From: the human T2T-CHM13v2.0 reference genome, Homo sapiens
Reading direction: 5' to 3' (one strand)
Assembly (NCBI RefSeq): GCF_009914755.1
Contig: NC_060930.1
Length of the DNA stretch: 64,000 bases
The position numbers and the translations under genes are program-made. Shown here piece after piece: positions 54,846 through 64,000 of the stretch (position 1 is its first letter; every line of letters starts with the position of its first letter). Below the pieces are notes generated by a model. That model saw nothing but the letters and a program-made list of their open reading frames with translations, was not told the DNA's origin and ran no database searches.

Positions 54846-56549
54846 AAAGAGGTTGTAGAAATTTCCATAGTATAATCCCACTTTTGTCCCCCCACCCTTC
54901 AAAATAAAACAGGTGGTAAAGGAGGCAGTGTAGATAAAAGGAGAAGCAATAGCAGCTGGGAAAAATATTCTCCAAAGTGTTCATAGTGGCTCCCTTTGCA
55001 GACGAAGGGTAGGGTTTAGGAAAAGAATGAGTTTCATCTTCTACTACATATAATTCTGTATTATTTACATTCTTTGCAAGATACATAAATTTGATAATAT
55101 AAAAATGTAAAAGAGAGGCATTAAAAACTCTCTAGAGCCTTCAACTGCTTCAGAAATTACACTGAAAATGTTATTTGATATTTGATATTAATAGTAAGAA
55201 AAAAGGCTTAGAGAAATAGTGGGGTACCTATACTAACAAGCATAGAAAAAATACTAATACTGGAAAATAAAAGTTAATTTATTAATCCTTTTACCTATCA
55301 TTTCACCACAGGCTCTAGAAGCCTCCTCTCTGTTTTTCCATCTACAGAACTACAGCTTTGTTTTAAAAATCTGGAAAAAGTTAAAAAAAAATTTTCTAGT
55401 CTAAGGTTTTTCAACTAGTTAAAAATTTGCATCTGTTGGATATATGTAATTGGATCTTGAACATACGCTATGGCTCCCATTCATTTTTAAGAATTACATC
55501 TAAGGTTCTATTTTTTAAATCAAATCATTAAAAAAAATACCTTCTACACATAATCAAACAAGTCTATGAAGATCAAAGCCTCATTTACACTGCTGTGAAT
55601 GGTACCCTTGAGGTTATGCAGCACACAATTTGTACAATACCCAAGAGCCCTGCCAAGACACACAGGAGCACATTCCCCACAGCCTTGTATCTAATGGTGA
55701 AAAATTCAAAATAGCAGAAGTTTTCACAAATAAGAAATAGTTAATCCACACCATGGAATATTATGGTATATCTACACAATGAACACCAATAATAATGTAG
55801 ATGTCATCAATATGGAAAGTTGTTGATGATATAGTAAGCGAAGAAGCCAGCCCACTAAACAGCATTTAATCTTATTTTTGGTTTTAAAAAAGTATATGAA
55901 TAGTAATGTGTAGAAGAATACAACAAAATATCAATAGTAGTTCTCTCAGCATGGTGAGTTAAATAACTTTTTAAAAAATCCATCTACATTTTCTAAGTTT
56001 AACACCAGAAATATATATAATAGCAGCCTAATATTGATTTCTTAAAAAATTACAGCTGTAGGAGTAAAATGAAACAAAGAGATCTTATATCATAAGATTT
56101 TACTATTTTTTTTGTTTTTTTTTTTTTTTTCAAATCATTTGACTTATAGGAGAAACATTTTTCTTCCATCCCACCTCCTCCTTAAGAGAGAGATTTATGC
56201 AGCATAAGCCACATAATCGGGGCATTTTTTACTTTATATTTTTATCAGCTGCCTTTCAAACTGTGCTAACACTGTGGTTTCTGGATTTTAAAGATTAGTT
56301 GTTTGCACAGTCCTGTTACTGATAATGAAAAAAATACATAATTAAGAGATCAACCAACCCAGTTGAGGCCCCCTGAAAGAATACTATTCCAGGAAGGGTG
56401 TACAAGGTTTCTTGCCCTGGGAGTTTCACTTCATAAATGGATTAATCCTTGGTTCACTAGAAAATTCTAGAACAATCAACTTCCCAATTTCTGATTTTTT
56501 TCACAATTAATCATGTTTTAAATATATATATATATATATATATTTTTTT

Positions 56550-57300
56550 TTTTGCATTGTTTCACTAGCGGCTGTTCACCACCAAAGAGCTCAAGATTCC
56601 TTGAAACCAACAAGGAGGATTTTTTCTTTATAATATTTTACTAGTTTCCAGGAAAACTGCCAGTAGGAGGCAGCAATGACTGGCTGTGGCAACAGCAGCG
56701 GCTCTGCTCTGCACAGTAGTTAGCTGCTGACTTCATTCTTCTGTCATTATATAAGCAAGATGACACTGTTCTCTAATCCAGCCAAAGCTGATAAGTACCA
56801 TCAACCTGTCACTTCCTACATTTCAAATTCTAACATCACAGCATCAAAGAGTTTTTACATTTCGATTTCTTTTGCTGGCAGCAGCCGGTAGCCTCTCATT
56901 CTCCCACAGTGTTCTAATGCTGCATTTGCACACCGGGGTTACTCCCAGACTGAATAGCAGGTCATCCCCTGCTCACTGAGCTCATCTGTGGCCCATGTGC
57001 TAGGCAATTTAGATCCAATCAGCCCTTATTTAGCTCAAGAGTAATGAGCAGCATAGTGACACAGACTTAAGCCTGACCCTCAGGACACTGCTCATCAAGC
57101 AGTAAAACTGTGACAAAATCATTCATCTTCCACCCGCTGGCAAGAAATAATACTCGCACTCACTGTATTACTTTTCAAGATAAAAAAAAAAGTCCTGAAT
57201 TTTCATGATGTGAGACATTAATTTGCAGAAAGCTGAATTCCCTTAAACCCCCCTGTTGCTATGAGCTCACCAGGGGGAAATAGGCCTTAGGAGACTGAAA
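56550..57300. promoter_or_regulatory. Candidate conserved intronic element or enhancer (possibly containing uc.195), with a CTCF-like motif at 56658-56675
   Basis: Repeat-free block, higher in GC than its flanks; tgCCAGTAGGAGGCAGca resembles the CTCF core; recollection that an ultraconserved element lies in a C6orf167/MMS22L intron. Confidence 0.5.
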
Positions 57301-58674
57301 TGGAATAAAGAAAATTGCTCCAGCTTTCTTTTCATTTTAAATAAGCCTTAAATCTGACAAGAGATACCCTAAAGAGAGAAAAATATATATCTTGTAAGGT
57401 AAAGAAGAAACAATTGAAATTAAGAGTTTCAAATGCTAGTTTCACTCCTTGTTTGTCCTCAATTTCTTTAAAATATAAATAAAATTTGAAACAGCAGTTA
57501 CTCACCTTTTTCCACAAGGCGGATGAAGAAAGCTAAGAACTGCTTCCCATAAACAATATGGTGGCAACAGTAAATTCATATCATTAAACATGTACTCTGA
57601 TGTTTTCTACAAAACACATCTTAAAGAAAATAGCTTTAGGGTAACAGTAAGATGGTGAGAATAGCTAGAAGTATTTTAAAACTATAATGAATCTATTTTC
57701 TCCACAATTTATAGTGCCTTCTGAGGTTTTATTAATCCAAAAGTAATTAATTACAGGAATAATTAAGATTGGTTTCCTTCCCTCACTGTCATATCACATC
57801 ATTAAAAAAAAAAGTCTGGTAGCTTATTCTAGTGCATTTATTGAATGTAAATGCTGAAATTTTACTTGCTTCCCAAGTACTTCCCTTTTATAACCAAAAG
57901 CCACAATGCCAGTTTATCATACTGAGTTTTTTTAAACTAGGTCAATGTACCAAAGTCACAATTTTAGGTGTTTTTAACCTATTCCATAGTCAGAGAAGAG
58001 TTAACTTTAACCAATCTGTCACGAATGGGATTTACCAGTCTTCAATATACTTACTATGACAGCCTGTCTTTGGTTTAAGAAACAGCACCGTGTGGTGCCA
58101 TGAAAGAGCACAGTAGTGATGTCTTCCTACAAACTCATTGCTGAATTTCATCTAAAGCTTCAAAGATCTGGGTGGTCTAAACACCTATAGTGAACCACAG
58201 GGTTCAGACTAGGAATCACAGTGACATAAATAAGATTGGGAAAAGTAGCTTTTGCCTCATCCCAGCATCTTTTGATTTATTGCCATTTGCTAAAGAGAAA
58301 TATTCCAGTGGCTGGTAAAGAAAAATAATCATGGCACTTCTATTCCCTAAACAACTGAATTGATCCACTTTCAAAGGAATGAAATGCTTTCTTTACAGAG
58401 TATATTTATTTTTTCCTTCTCCTTTTATCCAATGTTCTTCACTCTAGTTTCTGTTTTACAGTGTTCTTTCTCCACCCTTATGTTTTCTCTTTTTCCTCTG
58501 TAATTATGAGAAGACAATTTTCTGGGTTTCATCCTAGAAAAATCATATTACTGGTAACTTCAAATTTTGGTAATAACTATAAATCAGAAATCATAAACCT
58601 CTATTCTATTCTATGCTTCTTGAAAGTAGGAGTAATCTTGTAAAAAATCTAATATATTTTTATTTTTAATTCAT

Positions 58675-58983
58675 TATTTATTTATTTTTTTGAGGCGGAG
58701 TTTCACTCTTGTTGCTCAGGCTGGAGTGCAATGGCGCATTCTCGGCTCACTGAAGTCTCCACCTCCCAGGTTCAAGCGATTCTCCTGCCTCAGCCTCCTC
58801 AGCCCTTGAGTAGCTGGGATTACAGGTGCCCACCACCACGCCCAGCTAATTTTTTGTATTTTTAGTAGAGGTGGGGTTTCGCCGTGTCGGCCAGGCTGGT
58901 CTCAAACTCCTGACCTCAGGTGATCTGCCTGCCTCAGACTCCCAAAGTGCTAGGATTACAGGTGTGAGCCACTGCACCCAGCC
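58675..58983 (-). mobile_element. AluSq/Sx-like
   Basis: Full dimer; target-site duplication aaaatctaat. Confidence 0.95.
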
Positions 58984-60147
58984 AAATAAAATCTAATTAT
59001 AAAGCTTCATTCACCTCCCACGTTAATTATATAATTATTAGGAACTGGGGTTAAATATCAGCTCTGACCTAGATTACAACTACAGATTATAATCAGGGGC
59101 ATAGCAAATAAAAAACCAGAAGACTAACAAGGGTGAGGAACGTTTGTGAAAGCTTTGATATCTTTTCTTTGTAGCTAGTATTTTGAATTTCTCACAGATG
59201 GACCCTGCTGTGATTCTATTTTCTTATGTTGTGCTGGAGTCACTCAATAGGCCCTTTCATTACAGAATCTTCGGTTCTGAGAAATTTTCTTAAATTGTTT
59301 TATTGATTATTTCCTTCATTCCATTTTCTAAGTTCCCTCTTCCAAATGCCTTCCTTCCACTCTAATCCCAATACAGACAATCTGCACTTGTAGATTCAAA
59401 GTGTTCCCGCAGACCCAGCCTTGAGAGACTGGTTCCGAAATGTCTCAAAAGGAAGGTAAAGGCTCAAAGGACCCACTTGCTGCACCTGTTTCCATAGTTC
59501 AGTGGAAAAAATTCAATGATAACTAGTGAATTAGAAAGATAAAATAATAATAGTCATCCAGAAAATACTAAGGAAAACACACTGAATTTTTCAATAACAC
59601 CGAAAACCTTTCAACTGGGAAGAACAAACCTCCTATCATCCTCTAGAGGTCCCTTCTACCCATGGGTACTTAGAAGACAATAAACACAGAGATGAAATTC
59701 AGATTATGCATTAAATCCATATCCTGACTGCATGGATACTGTTGTCTGCTTGCATATGGACACTGGCAAGAATTGTTGGATAAGCATATAAAATTTCAGG
59801 ACAAGTATAAAACATTAGCAAGTAGTATGAAATGGTGAAAAAGTGATGGTTTAAATAAATACAAGTTTCTTTGTCCTTCCTCTCTACCATCTTAGTCTTT
59901 CATGTAAAAAATACATGAGTGCATACTACATATGCTTCATGTGACTGGTTCACTGATATATCCTAAGTGCCTACTATCATAGTAGGCATTCAAAAATACT
60001 AGTTAAATTTGTTGAATAAATTGTTTTTCATGAATATGTCTCCCCTTTAGAAAATAATTACAACACAAGGTAAAAAACAATAAAGGACATTAGAGATTTA
60101 GTAACTATTCAGGAAATTCAACAGGAATAGAGATTATTCAAGACTGG

Positions 60148-60611
60148 TGTATTAGTCGGTTCTCACACTGCCATAAACACCCTAGACTGGGTAATTTATA
60201 AAGAAAAGAGGTTTAATTGACTCATAGTTCCCCATGGCCAGAGAGGCCTCAGGGAACCCAAAATCATGGAGGAAGGTGAAGGGGAAGCAAGGACCCCTGA
60301 ATTGAATTTTTTATTTTATATTCACTAATTTAAACTGTCACACATAGCTAGTGCTACCCTACTGGACAGCAGAAATCTTCACATGACAGCAGGAGGGAGA
60401 GCTGCTAGCAGGGAAAATGCCAGATGCTTATAAAACCATCAGATCTCGTGAGAACTCACTCAATACTACAAGAACAGCATGTGGGAACCACCCCCATGAT
60501 CCAATCACCTCTGTCCATTGACACATGGAGGATTATAGGTCTCTCCCTCGACACGTGGGGATTACAATTTGAGATAAGATTTGAGTGGGGACACAGAGCC
60601 AAACCATATCA
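60148..60611 (-). mobile_element. MSTA/THE1D-type MaLR solo LTR carrying a 77-bp foreign insert
   Basis: tgtattagtc...gagccaaaccatatca termini; 5-bp target-site duplication actgg on both sides. Confidence 0.9.
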
Positions 60612-60834
60612 ACTGGTAACACACGGATAAGCATACATTTCTCTTGAAATGTACAAGCATGCATTTCAAGAGAAGCTTGACATGAAGCTTCTTGACATGA
60701 ATATTATTCACAAAAAAATGAAGAAAAGATAAATGAAGAAAACCAACATGTATTGAATGTACTGAAAGCTTATTATGATTCATGTTCTGGACAGGTGCAG
60801 CATCAAAGTCAGTGCTATCCCTTGGCAAGTCTTT

Positions 60835-60985
60835 CTGCTGCTATCCACTACATTATCCACTAACTAAATATAGCTATTGAGGACTTAATATATAGCTGGT
60901 GTTACAGAACAGTTGAATTTTTTATTTTATATTCACTAATTTAAACTGTCACACATAGCTAGTGCTACCCTACTGGACAGCAGAA
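60835..60985. mobile_element. MER3/MER33-like hAT-Charlie relic (source of the 77-bp copy)
   Basis: cacatagctagtgctaccctactggacagcag resembles the MER3/MER33 terminus. Confidence 0.55.
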
Positions 60986-61799
60986 ATCTAAGCAGATGTT
61001 CATGGAAATCCTATGAGGTGGATATTATTTTACAAAGATGCAGCTGAAACTTAGAAAAGATTAAGTAACTTCCTAAGATTGCACTGTTGGTAAATGAAAG
61101 AGGGTGATCTGAACTCAGGTTTACTGACCTTAAAGCTCCTGCTTTTTAATACAATGTTTTGACAGCAGCAACTATCAGGCACTACTAGAGGTTCCTTAAG
61201 AAGCAAAGGCAAAAAGCAAAACTTGCTGTGTGCATAAGTCTCCTGCCTGGAATACTGGCTCCTCCCATATATGATGCTCTTTAATTCCATCTCTACCTCT
61301 CATCAACATACTACTAACTTCTGAAAACACTTTCCATTCTCCTCAAATACCTCTAGTTTTTTCTTTTTCTATACTCTGCCATCTCACCCCTATGTCTACT
61401 ATTACCAACACTGACCACTTCTGACTCTTGATTTTGACAATTACTTCCATTCCCCCAACTTAACCTTTTTCTAAGCAGTGACTCTCACACGACATGCTTA
61501 TTCAGTCCTCAGCTTCAGCTCTGCTATACTGGTCATGTTCTGGCCTGAACCCTCAATTGGTTTTGACAAGAGGTCAAACTTGTCAACTTTGACCCTCAAC
61601 TTCGTTGGACAAGAAGATATAAATAAAGGTAGAAAGACTTGGGGATTTCTTGAGAACTAGTAGCTCCATCTGACTAAAGGAGAATCACAAGAAAAAGTTA
61701 CAGATTAAGGTAAAAGAAGACTGTGGATGGCTTTAAAGACCATGATAAGAAATGTGAAATTTTCTACTGTGTCTATTAGAGTGTCACTAAAAGTTTCTT

Positions 61800-61955
61800 T
61801 TTAATGTAATGAAATGTTCTAAAATAGTGGTGATGGGTACAAAACAACTATGAATATACTAAAAACCAATAAATTGTATGGTGTGTGAATTATATCTGAA
61901 TAAAGCTAGCAAACTCTATGATATGTGAATTATATGTCAATAAAGCCATTAAAAA
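61800..61955 (+). mobile_element. L1M 3'-end fragment
   Basis: gatgggtacaaaacaactatgaatatactaaaaacca, tgtgaattatatgtcaataaagc. Confidence 0.65.
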
Positions 61956-62385
61956 AGATAATCTGAGGAAGGAAGGCATTGGAGGCAGGGTGATTAGGCA
62001 AGTAGTATTAATGTTTTAAAAACAGAGGTAATGACATCTGTGAGAATAAAAGAAAGAAGATAAAAGGAATTCACCAAAGAAGACACACGCTCCCCACCTT
62101 ACCAAAAGAATCAGCTGATTATAAAAAGAAAGGGTATACATATATGTCACATTTGTACCTTTAAAAATTACTTTTTCTACAGCAGCACTCAGTAACATAG
62201 CATTACAATTTCCAATGGGTCCACTGCAGTGAGGCAATGTTGTTTCCTACAATTCTTTGTTTTTAAAGAAAACGATTCATTACACACTAAAACAACAACA
62301 ACAACAACAAAACTTGCTCAATGGTCACTATGCTAGAAGTATTATATTAGGAATGGGTAAAAAAACCATCCAAGATAAGACCCCT

Positions 62386-62386
<1 letters not shown>

Positions 62387-62420
<34 letters not shown>
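62387..62420. repeat. (CA)n microsatellite
   Basis: Direct reading. Confidence 0.95.
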
Positions 62421-62423
<3 letters not shown>

Positions 62424-62494
62424 CATTGATGTTGCCAGGCATAAAGCATAACGAAGAAATGATTATGAGTTCTTTTGAAAACAATACTTATGAT

Positions 62495-62640
62495 GATAGC
62501 ATTATCTAACATTCATTGAACACTTACTGATATGCCAGGCAATTTGCTAACTGCCTTATATTCATTATTGCATATAATTCCCAAAACATTCTAGTGAGGT
62601 AGGTGGTATTATCCTCATTTTACAAATAAGTAAGTCAAGA
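62495..62640 (-). mobile_element. MIR
   Basis: aacattcattgaacacttac..tgccaggca..gtgaggtagg..tattatcctcattttacaaat. Confidence 0.7.
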
Positions 62641-64000
62641 TTTTGGCACATAAGTTTTTCCTCACATTATTTTAAATGAATCGCTTTATACTTATTTAAG
62701 GAAAACTCGTATCTATGTACCGGATTTAGATAGGGACTGAAAAAGTGACCCAAATACTAATTCCTATGCGTGAAAAACTGAGGAGATAATCTATGTTTCA
62801 GCAAAACACAAAAAAGTGGAACTCTGCAAAGCTAATATATTGAGTAGTTTATATTACTGCATGGGATTATAAAATATGTAATAGAAATACATTATGCCAA
62901 ATTCAAGCCTGATAAAGAGTAAATAAGGTGAAAATACTAATTTATAGTATATATCTAAATACTCAGCTGATATAAAAAATATTTAACTAGGAAAAAAAGT
63001 TTTTCTTTACATATTTTATACATTCCTGAAATACTAAGATTTATACTGTATTCCCTTAGAGATACCCATGCTTTCTCTGAAGGAACGAAAAAAGGCAATG
63101 GATTACTCCTTGTAAGCAACAATATCTCTACTTGGTTTTTCAAATAAAAACTGGTAATAGATTTTATTACCATGAGGGCATACACATGTGTTTCCCAAAA
63201 ATTATTAGAACACTGCCTCAAAATTTCCATAAAATTATATATAATGAAACAGCAGACATTTTGAGCAAACTACAGAAATAACTCATTTGATTAAAAATTC
63301 TATCCAGTTTCAAATTTGTTTGTTGTAAACTGTCAATAATTAAAAGCTGTAACCCATTCATACTAATAGAACACCCAATAACAAAAGGAAGAAAAAGCTT
63401 GCATGCTGTCAAAAGTATCATTTCTATTTTTCCTGAAATATTATATAAATTATTTGGCATACAGCAGCCCCTCAAGTGAACAGTTCCTCTTGTACCTCCT
63501 TTTTTGCCTAGGCAATCCCCAGTTCTCTTACAGAAGCAAAGAAAAACCAAAAATCTTTGGGGAGAATAAATAATACCATACCAATAAAACTACTGAGCAT
63601 AAAAATATTTGAAGAGAATAATAAACAGTTTTTCTCTACATGCTCATACACAAACACTTCAAATGTCAAAACAGTTATAAAACAAGCAGATGATCTTCTA
63701 GCCTTATAGGGAGAGAAAAAAAGGAATTTAAATATATATATATTTTCAAAATGTATTTTGAAGCCAGGGAAAATAACCTTAATCTTTGAAGAAGTTGTAG
63801 TTCAGCACACAGCATCTCAAAAAGGTAATTATTGCTTCTGAACTATTTCTTAGTCTCAGTATTTAGCATTTTAGGCAAGTTCTCAACTGCCTTTAGACAT
63901 CTTTGAAACTAGTCTCTTGTTTAATACAAAATAGGATGTCAGTTGATCAATATCTATTTGGCTTAAATTCATAAGTCCACAACCTCCCTTAAGTGGTAGA

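Overview
AT-rich primate (very probably human) genomic DNA covering part of MMS22L (C6orf167, partner of TONSL in replication-fork repair; 6q16.1) on the minus strand. Eight GT-AG coding exons (3426-28114; probably exons 15-22) join in one continuous reading frame. Positions 28115-64000 are a single large intron whose upstream exon lies outside the window. The rest is typical mammalian repeat content: Alu, L1, L2, MIR, Tigger4a/4b, MER44A, Charlie1, MER58, and MER21, MLT1 and MST/THE1 LTRs. The main items worth a second look are: (1) a fossil Penelope-like (Neptune-type) GIY-YIG endonuclease, still readable at protein level, at about 42.85-43.35 kb; (2) a ~200-bp locally templated insertion sitting in the loop of a 40-bp hairpin at 22.4-22.7 kb; (3) an exact 77-bp copy inserted into an LTR at 60.3 kb; (4) a repeat-free block at 56.55-57.3 kb that may be ultraconserved, with a candidate poison exon next to it. 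There are no prokaryotic-type systems, RNA genes or CRISPR arrays. Repeat boundaries are approximate and subfamily names come from recalled consensus sequences.
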